Below are positions 55,923 to 64,000 of a stretch of DNA of 64,000 bases, piece by piece. A model generated the notes under the pieces. It had not been told where the DNA came from. It did not search any database and saw only the letters and a program-made list of their open reading frames with translations. A program made the position numbers and the translations under genes. The stretch lies in the NCBI GenBank assembly GCA_013152485.1, contig JAADGG010000041.1:30791-94790 (forward strand). The letters run 5' to 3'. Position 1 is the first letter of the stretch, and each line of letters opens with the position of its first letter. The DNA is from Nitrospirota bacterium. Its GTDB lineage: Bacteria > Nitrospirota > Thermodesulfovibrionia > Thermodesulfovibrionales > JdFR-85.

Positions 55923-57203
55923 ATGCCCGAAAACACCATAGCCCTCAGGAAGGAAGTTCAGGAGAAGGTCCGCGAACTCGGAGAGGCGGACATAGTCGTC
56001 GGCATCCCGAGCTACAACAATGCCAAGACGATAGGACACGTTGTGAGGGCCGTACAGGCCGGACTCTCGAAATACTTCCCGGACTCAAAGTCCGTACTTG
56101 TAAATTCCGACGGTGGATCAACCGACGGCACCATGGATGTCGTAAGGGAGACCACTGTAGACTTCGACTCCATTCTGCTTCATCACAGGGTCGGCAACCT
56201 GCACAAGATCATCACCCCCTACCATGGGATCCCCGGCAAGGGCAGTGCGTTCAGGACCATATTCGAGATAGCGAAGAGCCTCAACGTAAAGGCATGCGCC
56301 GTGGTGGATTCCGATCTCAGGAGCATAACACCGGAGTGGATCGAGCTCCTCGTCAGGCCGGTCCTGAATGCAGGCTACGACTACGTGGCGCCGTATTATC
56401 ACCGGCACAAGTACGACGGGACCATCACCAACACCATAGTCTACCCGATGACTAGGGCTCTGTACGGACACAGAATACGCCAGCCGATAGGAGGGGACTT
56501 CGGGCTCTCCGGCAAGCTCGCATCCTTCTATCTCTCGAAGAATGTTTGGGACACGGACGTCGCCCGCTTCGGGATCGACATCTGGATGACCACAACCGCC
56601 GTCGCAAACTCGTTCAAGGTCTGCCAGGCGTTCCTCGGCGCCAAGATTCACGACCCCAAGGAACCGGGATCCGACCTCAGCGCCATGCTTCATCAGGTGG
56701 TGATATCGGTCTTCAATCTCATGGAAGAGTATGCCGGGGTATGGAAAAACATCAAGGGATCCCGGCCTGTACCGACCTTCGGATTCGTATACTCGGTCGG
56801 GCTCGAACCCATCAAGGTCAACCTCGAGGGAATGATAGAGAAATTCAGGCTCGGCGTGAAAGAACTCTCGGTCATGTATGAATCGTTTCTTCCCGGGGAA
56901 CTGATGTGGTTTCTTGCAACCGTGGGAGAAAAGCCCAAGGAGAAGTTCTCGATTCCGGACAATGTCTGGGTGGAGATAGTCTATAACTTTGCAGTGGCGT
57001 GCCACAGAAAGCTCATGAGCCGCGAGCACATAATAAAGTCTCTCACGCCCCTCTATCTCGGCAAGGTGGCCTCGTTCGTGATAGAGACGTGGGAGAGCAC
57101 CGCTTCAGAGGTCGAGCAGAGACTGGAAGAACTCTGCATAGCCTTCGAAAAGGAAAAACCCTACCTTATAGACAGGTGGTTTGAAGAGGAGGAAGAGGAG
57201 TGA
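55923..57203 (+). CDS. GT-A fold glycosyltransferase (family 2-like)
   Basis: The N-terminal VVGIPSYNNAKTIGHVV..NSDGGSTDGT is typical of a GT2 nucleotide-sugar binding region. The specific function is unknown. Confidence 0.55.
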   Translation: MPENTIALRKEVQEKVRELGEADIVVGIPSYNNAKTIGHVVRAVQAGLSKYFPDSKSVLVNSDGGSTDGTMDVVRETTVDFDSILLHHRVGNLHKIITPYHGIPGKGSAFRTIFEIAKSLNVKACAVVDSDLRSITPEWIELLVRPVLNAGYDYVAPYYHRHKYDGTITNTIVYPMTRALYGHRIRQPIGGDFGLSGKLASFYLSKNVWDTDVARFGIDIWMTTTAVANSFKVCQAFLGAKIHDPKEPGSDLSAMLHQVVISVFNLMEEYAGVWKNIKGSRPVPTFGFVYSVGLEPIKVNLEGMIEKFRLGVKELSVMYESFLPGELMWFLATVGEKPKEKFSIPDNVWVEIVYNFAVACHRKLMSREHIIKSLTPLYLGKVASFVIETWESTASEVEQRLEELCIAFEKEKPYLIDRWFEEEEEE

Positions 57204-57272
57204 GTCTGGGAGGGGTAACGGTCGGCAAGCATCGGCCGTCAACGTGTTGCATCAAATCAAGGAGGGTCTTTT

Positions 57273-57974
57273 ATGGAAAACCTATTCGATAAAATCGTGA
57301 CTTCACCTATGAAGGACTGTTTCCAGAGACTCGTCGAGTTCCTGCCGAACCTTCTGAGTTCCATGGTCATATTTACGATGGGGTTCCTCTCGGGATGGGT
57401 CATAAAGAGTGTGATACAGAAGATTCTCGAAATATTCAACACCGACCGGTTCTGTCAGAGAATGGGGATCACGCCCGTGCTCGAGAAAGGCGGCATAAGA
57501 TCAACCCCGACAAAGCTCATAAGCCAGATATCGTACTGGTTCGTAGTGATCATTTTCTTCATAATGGCTCTGTACACCCTGAAGATTCCGGCAATCGAGG
57601 ACCTGCTCGAAAAGTTCTTCCTCTACCTGCCGAACGTCTTCGTCTCGGTGCTGCTCATCGTCGTCGGATACATACTCAGCAACTTTGCCGGAAGGGCAAC
57701 ACTGATAGCCTCTGTAAACTCCGGGATAAAGTTCTCCGGCCTGTTAAGCAAGACCGTCAAAACGATCGTCTTCCTGCTCGCATTCACAATGGCCCTCGAA
57801 CAGCTCGGCATAGGCCGTGATACGGTGATCGTGGCCTTCACGATCATATTCGGGGGAATCGTGCTCGCCCTCTCCATCGCTTTCGGACTCGGCGGCAAGG
57901 ATGTGGCGAGAGAGTATCTGGAAAGGAAGTTCAGGGGAGAAGCCGAGAAGGAAGACGACCTGAAACACCTCTGA
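57273..57974 (+). CDS. Membrane protein with conserved-TM-helix repeats (MscS N-terminal-like, no beta domain)
   Basis: Four or five TM segments with repeated LPNLLSSMVIF / LPNVFVSVLLIVVGY motifs. Confidence 0.5.
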   Translation: MENLFDKIVTSPMKDCFQRLVEFLPNLLSSMVIFTMGFLSGWVIKSVIQKILEIFNTDRFCQRMGITPVLEKGGIRSTPTKLISQISYWFVVIIFFIMALYTLKIPAIEDLLEKFFLYLPNVFVSVLLIVVGYILSNFAGRATLIASVNSGIKFSGLLSKTVKTIVFLLAFTMALEQLGIGRDTVIVAFTIIFGGIVLALSIAFGLGGKDVAREYLERKFRGEAEKEDDLKHL

Positions 57975-58170
57975 GGCCCGTATGGACGGTGTCAGGACCG
58001 CCACGGGCTGACACCGCCCGTGCGGAGGGAGCGAGGACGTGTCGTATCATCCATGCCGCCCTCCCCGTCACCGCGCCGTGCTCATTTCCGCACCCCGCGA
58101 GTCCCGCCTTGAGACCGTGCCGCAATGGTGCCACCGGACGGGAAGACCCGATGCAGAGCGGGACTTTTTT

Positions 58171-58211
58171 CTTGACTTTTCATATATACATATGTAAATA
58201 TGTTTATATGA
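58171..58211 (+). promoter_or_regulatory. Promoter-like sequence plus 34-bp imperfect palindrome (candidate ArsR operator)
   Basis: TTGACT (58171-58176), 17 nt, then TAAATA (58194-58199). The palindrome TTCATATA..TATATGAA (58178-58211) has perfect 8-bp outer arms and overlaps the arsR-like ATG at 58208. Confidence 0.4.
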
Positions 58212-58618
58212 AAGAGTTGACCGACACATTCAAGGCACTCTCGGACGAGCAGAGACTCCGCATACTCATGCTGCTCGACAGGAAGGAACTCTGTGTATGC
58301 CAGCTGATGGGCATACTCGGCGTGGCGCAGCCCCTTGTGTCGAGAAACCTCGCCATACTGAGCAGGGCGGGCTTCCTTCAGGAGAGACGGGAGGGAAAGC
58401 TGCGCTTCTACCGCATCAACGCAAGGCTCGCCGAAGACAGGAAGGCGGTCATGAAAATACTCAGGAGACACTTGAAGGACCACGAGCCGATACAGCGCGA
58501 CCTCGAGACCCTTCAGGAGTGCACCGAGTTTCAGAAGATGACCGGCAGGTGCGACATGAAGACGTTCACGGAGTTCCTGAAGAAGAGAAGGGCCGGAAAG
58601 GGAGGCAAAAGGCGATGA
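58208..58618 (+). CDS. ArsR/SmtB-family transcriptional regulator
   Basis: FKALSDEQRLRILMLL..ELCVCQL..GVAQPLVSRNLAILSRAGFL. Confidence 0.85.
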   Translation: MKELTDTFKALSDEQRLRILMLLDRKELCVCQLMGILGVAQPLVSRNLAILSRAGFLQERREGKLRFYRINARLAEDRKAVMKILRRHLKDHEPIQRDLETLQECTEFQKMTGRCDMKTFTEFLKKRRAGKGGKRR

Positions 58619-59964
58619 GGGCACATCGAAAGATCCTCATGCTGACCGTATTCACCGCCCTTATCCTTGCGGTGTCCGCTGCAGATGCAGAGGTGATGAC
58701 GCTGAGAAAGGCGGTGGAGGCGGCACTTGAGGAAAACGCGGTACTGAAGGCATACGCATGGAGGCTCGAGGGACAGCGGGAGGAGCTGAAGGCGGCACAG
58801 GGGCGGCTCTATCCGCGCATAACGGCGGAGGAGACGTTCACGAAGACGGACAATCCGACATACGGCTTCATGGCCAAGCTCGACCAGGAAAGGATCGCCC
58901 GTGAGGACCTCGGCGTGGACACCCTGAACAACCCCGCCCCCGTCACCGACTTCAGGACCGCACTGAGGTTCGACATCCCCCTCTACGTCCCGAGGACATA
59001 CGCGGGCATAGACCGGTCGGGAAGGGAACTGGAGGCGATGAGGGCTGAATACGAAAGGAAGAAGGAAGAGATCGTCCTCGAGGTGATAAGGGCATACCTC
59101 ACGGCACAGGCGGCCGAGGGACATCTAAGGGCCGCGCGGAGGGGGCTCGAGGACGCAAGGGAGCATGTGAGGCTTGCGGCGCTGAGATACGAGGGCGGCA
59201 CAGGACTCTATGCCGACCTGCTGAGGGCGAGGGTGGCGCTGAAGGAGGCAGAGGCCGCGGTTGTGAAGGCGGAGAGCGGCCTCGACACGGCCAAGAGGGC
59301 CGTCGGCCTTCTGACAGGCAGAGAAGGCAGGGTAGACGTGGGCAGTGAAAAGCCCCTCCTGCCCGTTCATGCCCCGGACACCTACATAGAAGCCGCCGCG
59401 GACAGACAGGACCTGAGGGCCCTGAGACTGAGGCATGAGAGCGCACTGAAGGCCGTAAGCATGGAGAAGGCCTCTCGGTTGCCGGAGATCGGGGTCGGGG
59501 GAAGTTACCAGCTGAACGACGGGGATATGCCGCTTGGCGCAGACGGACGAAGTTATCAGGTAATGGTCGTTGCAAGGCTGAACATCTTCGACGCCGCCAC
59601 CTCCCACAGGATAAGGAGGGCGGCCGCGGCCGCCCGGGAAGTGCAGGAGTATTACGAAGGGCTCGAAAAGGAGGTCCGGTTCAGGATATACCAGGCCTAC
59701 AGCAAAGTGACGGAGAAGGGCAAGAGGCTCGAGCTCTCGAGGGCTGCACTGGATGAGGCCGAAGAGGCGAAGAGACTCGTCGAGGTGAGGTACAGGAACT
59801 CCCTCTCGACGATGGCGGACCTGCTCGATACGCAGGCGGTGCTGGACAGGGCGAGGGCTGTGGTGCTCGAGGCCGAGAAGGAATATATCGTGTCGATCGC
59901 AGAGCTGTATTTCCACAGCGGCATCCTCCTGAAGTCGTTCGGCCGGGCAGAAAGCATCAAATAA
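58615..59964 (+). CDS. TolC-like outer-membrane efflux protein
   Basis: The internal ATG at 58615 forms an ATGA overlap with the arsR-like stop. A signal peptide is followed by two OEP repeats (LTLRKAVEAALEENAVLKAY.., ..DLLDTQ). Confidence 0.8.
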   Translation: MRAHRKILMLTVFTALILAVSAADAEVMTLRKAVEAALEENAVLKAYAWRLEGQREELKAAQGRLYPRITAEETFTKTDNPTYGFMAKLDQERIAREDLGVDTLNNPAPVTDFRTALRFDIPLYVPRTYAGIDRSGRELEAMRAEYERKKEEIVLEVIRAYLTAQAAEGHLRAARRGLEDAREHVRLAALRYEGGTGLYADLLRARVALKEAEAAVVKAESGLDTAKRAVGLLTGREGRVDVGSEKPLLPVHAPDTYIEAAADRQDLRALRLRHESALKAVSMEKASRLPEIGVGGSYQLNDGDMPLGADGRSYQVMVVARLNIFDAATSHRIRRAAAAAREVQEYYEGLEKEVRFRIYQAYSKVTEKGKRLELSRAALDEAEEAKRLVEVRYRNSLSTMADLLDTQAVLDRARAVVLEAEKEYIVSIAELYFHSGILLKSFGRAESIK

Positions 59965-59986
59965 TCGAGAACCGGAGGCATTTGAC

Positions 59987-61135
59987 ATGAAAAGGCTTGC
60001 AGTAGTCGTCGGGCTTGTGCTGGGACTGTCGGTCCTGGCCGGTTGCGCTGATAAGGCAAGAAGTGACAAGGGGGGTGGTGCCACCCCGGTGGTTGAAGGC
60101 ATAGAGACCGCAGAGGTGGAGTACTCGTATGTCAAGGACCTTTACGAGACAGCAGGGACCGTGAGGGCGGTGAGGAGGTCCTCGGTCTCGGCAAGGGTGA
60201 TGGGGGTCGTAAGGACCATCCATGTAAAGGAGGGACAACGGGTCAGGAAGGGTGATGTGCTCGTGGAGATCAGCTCTCCCGACATCGAGGCCAAGGCGAG
60301 GGCCGCCGGCAAGGCGGTCGAGGAGGCCGAGAAGGTGCTGGACATGGCCATAGAGGAGAAGCGGCTGGCTGATGCGACCTTTGAACGGTTCAGGGGACTG
60401 TATGATGGGAAGGCGGTCAGCGGGCAGGAGTTCGACGAGGTTAAGGCACGGAAGGAACTCGCCCTCCTCAGGTACGAACAGGCCCTGAAGGGGCTGGAGA
60501 GGGCGAAGGCGATGTCCGACGAGGCCCTGTCTTTCCTTGAATACACGTTCGTACGCTCTCCCATTGACGGCACGGTGGCACAGAAGAGGATCGACGTCGG
60601 AAGCATGGCAACCCCGGGCACCCCCCTGTTGATCGTCGAGGGCCGGGAGTACCTCGTCGAGGTGCCGGTGGACGAATCCATGACCGGCAGGATAAGGGAA
60701 GGGGTGGATGTGCTGCTGAGCATCGACTCACTCGGGGTGAAGGCGGACGGAAAGGTGAGTACCGTGGTGCGGCAGGTAGATCCAGTTACGAGGACCTTCA
60801 CGGTCAAGATACGGCCCGGGGGAGAGATCGAGGGGTTGAGAGGGGGCCTCTTTGCAAGGGCCGCCTTTCCCATGGCCGAAAGGCCCCGTCTCCTTGTCCC
60901 TGCCGGTGCCGTCGTAAAGAGGGGCCAGTTGCGGGGCGTCTATGTAGTCGACGGCGACGGAATGGTCTCGCTCAGGTTCGTCTCTCTCGGAAGGGTGAGG
61001 GGTGACAAGGTGGAGATACTCTCGGGCCTCGCCACCGGAGAGAGGATAGTCGTAAGCGGCACTGAACGGGTGGTCGGCGGAGGGCTCACGGCACAGAGGC
61101 AGGGACGGCCGCTCGGCAGCGCCGTCACCGACTGA
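59987..61135 (+). CDS. RND efflux periplasmic adaptor (membrane fusion protein)
   Basis: Lipobox LSVLAGC, plus lipoyl/hairpin/beta-barrel pattern (V..GD.L..I, SPIDGTVA). Confidence 0.85.
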   Translation: MKRLAVVVGLVLGLSVLAGCADKARSDKGGGATPVVEGIETAEVEYSYVKDLYETAGTVRAVRRSSVSARVMGVVRTIHVKEGQRVRKGDVLVEISSPDIEAKARAAGKAVEEAEKVLDMAIEEKRLADATFERFRGLYDGKAVSGQEFDEVKARKELALLRYEQALKGLERAKAMSDEALSFLEYTFVRSPIDGTVAQKRIDVGSMATPGTPLLIVEGREYLVEVPVDESMTGRIREGVDVLLSIDSLGVKADGKVSTVVRQVDPVTRTFTVKIRPGGEIEGLRGGLFARAAFPMAERPRLLVPAGAVVKRGQLRGVYVVDGDGMVSLRFVSLGRVRGDKVEILSGLATGERIVVSGTERVVGGGLTAQRQGRPLGSAVTD

Positions 61136-61160
61136 AGAAAAAAAGGAGGATTGACATAAA

Positions 61161-64000
61161 ATGCAGGTACTCGGCATATCAGGCCGGATCGCAAAGGCGT
61201 TCCTCAGATCCAAGCTTACGCCGCTCGTCGTGATCACCTCGATACTCCTCGGCGTCTTCGCAACAGTGATGACGCCGAGGGAGGAGGAGCCGCAGATCGT
61301 GGTCCCCATGGTGGATGTATTCGTCACCTATCCCGGCGCCTCCGCCAAAGAGGTGGAAGAGCGTGTCACGAGGCCGGTGGAAGAACTCCTCTACGGGATC
61401 CCTGGTGTGGAATACGTATATTCCACGTCGAGACCCGGCGCGAGCCTGATCGTCGTCAGGTTCTACGTGGGCGAGGATATGGAGGACAGCCTGGTCAAGC
61501 TGTACAACAAGCTCATGTCCAACTACGACATGATTCCACCAGGGGTCTCTCTCCCGCTTGTCAAGCCGAGGTCCATAGACGACGTACCGGTACTGACGCT
61601 GACGCTCTGGTCCGGCCGCTACAGCGGCTCCGAGCTGAGAAGGCTGGCTCAGGAACTGGATGACGAGATAAGAATGGACGAGGACGTCTCAGAGACGCGG
61701 ATAACCGGCGGACTGAAGAGAGAGGTCAGGATAACCCTCGACCCTGTAAGGCTGAGGGCATACAACGTCTCTCCCGCAGGCATCCTGAAGGCACTCAGGC
61801 AGGCGAACATACTGGTGCCGTCGGGGTCGTTTCAGAGAGACAACAGGGAATACCTCGTCGAGACAGGGGCATTCATCGAGAAGGCGGCCGAAGTAGAGCG
61901 CGTGGTGGTTGGCCTCAACAGGGACAGGCCCGTCTACCTCGGTGACGTTGCAGAGGTAACGGACGGCACCGAGGAGCCGGACAGTTACGTCTTCATGGGC
62001 GTGGGGCCGGGCTTCGGTACGGTGGACGGTAGAGAGGCCGGAAACGGGGCGGGCGTTTACGAGGCCGTCACCATCTCCGTCGCAAAGAAGAAAGGCGCCA
62101 ATGCATCACTCCTCACAGAGAGGACGTTGCAGAGGATCGAAAGGCTCAAGGGAACGCTCATACCTTCAGACATAGAGGTGACCGTCACGCGGAACTACGG
62201 GGAGACGGCCAGGGAGAAGTCGGACAGCCTGCTCGAACACATGAGTATCGCCACGGTCTCCGTCGTGATACTCATCGCACTGGTACTGGGCTGGAGGGAG
62301 GCGGTCGTTGTGGCCGTGGCGGTCCCCGTCACCCTGGCACTCACACTGCTTATAAACTATCTCTACGGCTACACACTGAACAGGGTCACACTGTTCGCCC
62401 TCATATTCTCGATCGGCATACTGGTGGATGACGCCATAGTCGTCGTCGAAAACATCCACAGACATTTCAAGACACACGGGATAAGCCCGCTGAGGGCCGC
62501 ACTGGCAGTCGACGAGGTGGGCAATCCCACCATACTGGCGACTTTCACGGTTATCGGGGCGCTTCTGCCCATGGCCTTCGTCAGCGGCCTGATGGGGCCC
62601 TACATGAGGCCCATACCCGTAGGGGCGTCGGCAGCCATGATCTTCTCCCTGCTGATCGCCTTCATCGTCAGCCCCTGGATGAGCTACAAGGTGCTCAGGG
62701 GAGTGAAGACAGCGGGGCCGGGACACGAAGGCAGGGGAGTGCAGCAGGCATACGGCAGGGTGCTGGGCCCACTGATCGAGAAGACGTGGGCGCGGTTCCT
62801 GGCACTCGGCTCTGTTGCGCTGCTTCTGGGATTGACGCTGCTGCTGGTGCCGCTCAAGAAGGTCACCATGAAGATGCTGCCCTTCGACGACAAGAGTGAG
62901 CTCCAGGTGGTGATCGACATGCCGGAGGGCAGCACCCTGGAGGAGACACTCAGGGTAACCCGCGAAATGGGAGAGTACCTGAAGACCGTCCCGGAAGTGA
63001 CCGACTTTCAACTCTACGTGGGCACGTCGGCCCCCTTCAACTTCAACGGGCTCGTAAGGCACTACTTCCTCAGAAGGGGACCAAACGTCGCAGACATCCA
63101 GGTCAACCTCGTAGGCAAGGAGCTCCGAACCAGCCAGAGCCATGACATCGCAAAGAGGCTGAGGGAGCCGCTGAACAGTATAGCAGGCCGCTACGGTGCA
63201 AACGTGAAGATCGCGGAGATACCGCCGGGTCCGCCTGTACTCAGCACCCTGGTGGCGGAGGTCTACGGCCCTGACCCGGAGCGCCAGAGAGAGATCGCCA
63301 GACAGGTGAGAGGGATCTTCAGGACGACTCCAGGCGTGGTGGATGTGGACTGGTACGTCGAAGAGCCACAGGTGAAATACACGCTCGAGGTCGACAGGGT
63401 CAAGGCGGCGCTCTCGGGCGTCAGCACGGAGGCCGTTGCACGGACGGTCAGGATGGGACTCGAGGGGACAAGCGCGGGACTCCTTCACCTGAGGGATGAA
63501 AAGGCCCCGGTCGAACTGGTGCTGCGCATGCCGAGAGGACAGAGGTCAGGCATGGGAGACCTGACGGCACTCACCGTGCCGTCTGCAAACGGGACACTCG
63601 TGCCGCTCTCGGGACTCGTGACCGTCAGGAAGGGGATCCAGGACACGGCCATATACCACAAGAACCTCAGAAGGGTGGTCTATGTAACGGGCGATGTGGC
63701 CGGCAGGGAGGAGAGCCCCGTGTACGCCATCCTCAAGATGAAGGAACGGATGGAGGAGCTGAAGATGCCCGAGGGATACGAGCTCAGGCAGTACTTCTCG
63801 AAACAGCCAGGCTCGGGCGACGACTACTCGCTGAAGTGGGACGGTGAGTGGCAGATCACGTACGAGGTCTTCCGCGACCTCGGGATAGCCTTCGCAGCAG
63901 TACTGGTATTGATATACGTGCTGGTGCTGGCATGGTTCAGGAACTTCGTAACGCCGCTCATCATAATGGCGCCCATTCCGCTGACACTCGTGGGTATTCT
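61161..64000 (+). CDS. RND efflux permease, AcrB/HAE1-like (3' end off window; absent from the ORF track)
   Basis: I translated it by hand from the ATG at 61161 (AAGGAGGA upstream): [45 protein letters not shown]... The frame stays open to nt 64000. The TM4 region is [17 protein letters not shown]. Confidence 0.9.
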   Translation, partial: MQVLGISGRIAKAFLRSKLTPLVVITSILLGVFATVMTPREEEPQIVVPMVDVFVTYPGASAKEVEERVTRPVEELLYGIPGVEYVYSTSRPGASLIVVRFYVGEDMEDSLVKLYNKLMSNYDMIPPGVSLPLVKPRSIDDVPVLTLTLWSGRYSGSELRRLAQELDDEIRMDEDVSETRITGGLKREVRITLDPVRLRAYNVSPAGILKALRQANILVPSGSFQRDNREYLVETGAFIEKAAEVERVVVGLNRDRPVYLGDVAEVTDGTEEPDSYVFMGVGPGFGTVDGREAGNGAGVYEAVTISVAKKKGANASLLTERTLQRIERLKGTLIPSDIEVTVTRNYGETAREKSDSLLEHMSIATVSVVILIALVLGWREAVVVAVAVPVTLALTLLINYLYGYTLNRVTLFALIFSIGILVDDAIVVVENIHRHFKTHGISPLRAALAVDEVGNPTILATFTVIGALLPMAFVSGLMGPYMRPIPVGASAAMIFSLLIAFIVSPWMSYKVLRGVKTAGPGHEGRGVQQAYGRVLGPLIEKTWARFLALGSVALLLGLTLLLVPLKKVTMKMLPFDDKSELQVVIDMPEGSTLEETLRVTREMGEYLKTVPEVTDFQLYVGTSAPFNFNGLVRHYFLRRGPNVADIQVNLVGKELRTSQSHDIAKRLREPLNSIAGRYGANVKIAEIPPGPPVLSTLVAEVYGPDPERQREIARQVRGIFRTTPGVVDVDWYVEEPQVKYTLEVDRVKAALSGVSTEAVARTVRMGLEGTSAGLLHLRDEKAPVELVLRMPRGQRSGMGDLTALTVPSANGTLVPLSGLVTVRKGIQDTAIYHKNLRRVVYVTGDVAGREESPVYAILKMKERMEELKMPEGYELRQYFSKQPGSGDDYSLKWDGEWQITYEVFRDLGIAFAAVLVLIYVLVLAWFRNFVTPLIIMAPIPLTLVGI

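Noticed and set aside
62166-63488. A 440-aa minus-strand ORF, the only track ORF in the last 3 kb
   Set aside because: The + strand frame from 61161 translates into a clear AcrB-type RND permease that stays open to the window end. The minus ORF is its antisense shadow.

Overview
This 64-kb window is a gene-dense chromosomal segment of a moderately GC-rich bacterium. Codon usage favours AGG/AGA (Arg) and ATA (Ile). The gene content (decahaem cytochrome, PyrK-type DHODH, PflX-type radical SAM, HD-GYP regulator, N-type ATPase) suggests an anaerobe of Nitrospirota or Thermodesulfobacteriota type, but that taxonomic guess is inference only. No similarity search was possible, so all calls rest on motifs and family signatures I recognise in the translated ORFs and on reading the DNA.

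Most of the window is housekeeping:
- Arginine and pyrimidine biosynthesis: argD, argF, argJ, pyrD, pyrK, cdd.
- Translation and RNA turnover: rpsT, rpsO, pnp, rnj, gatA, tilS, greA, tRNA-Asp.
- Replication, envelope and proteostasis: holA, lptE, lon, hsp20.
- Central and cofactor metabolism: ugd, galU, tal, acs, thiL.

One gene is missing from the ORF track: an AcrB-type RND pump (61161 to the window end) that has no stop codon inside the window.

Non-housekeeping content worth a second look:
1. 12655-19505, my best candidate for an undescribed system. A five-gene operon couples a DmsE/MtrA-like decahaem cytochrome and an ATGA-overlapped large outer-membrane barrel (MtrAB/PioAB-like conduit, no outer cytochrome) to two orphan periplasmic binding proteins. 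The fifth gene is a sensor kinase with a CxxCH haem-c motif in its periplasmic domain. A DtxR/FeoA regulator converges on the operon.
2. 37853-42242. An N-ATPase-type operon (atpR-B-E-F-A-G) that apparently starts at atpR and lacks beta and epsilon.
3. 42391-44091. A LuxI/LuxR pair beside tRNA-Asp, preceded by a palindrome matching the ACCTGT-N8-ACAGGT lux-box layout.
4. 24801-25097. A diverged 102-bp tandem triplication of a gene junction.
5. 27981-28784. A two-gene TA-like cassette bracketed by 88-bp direct repeats.
6. 3883-4018. A 136-nt nested-hairpin element in an unusually long AT-rich spacer.

No CRISPR array, transposase, integrase or phage gene was seen. Many long ORFs antisense to conserved genes are compositional artefacts.
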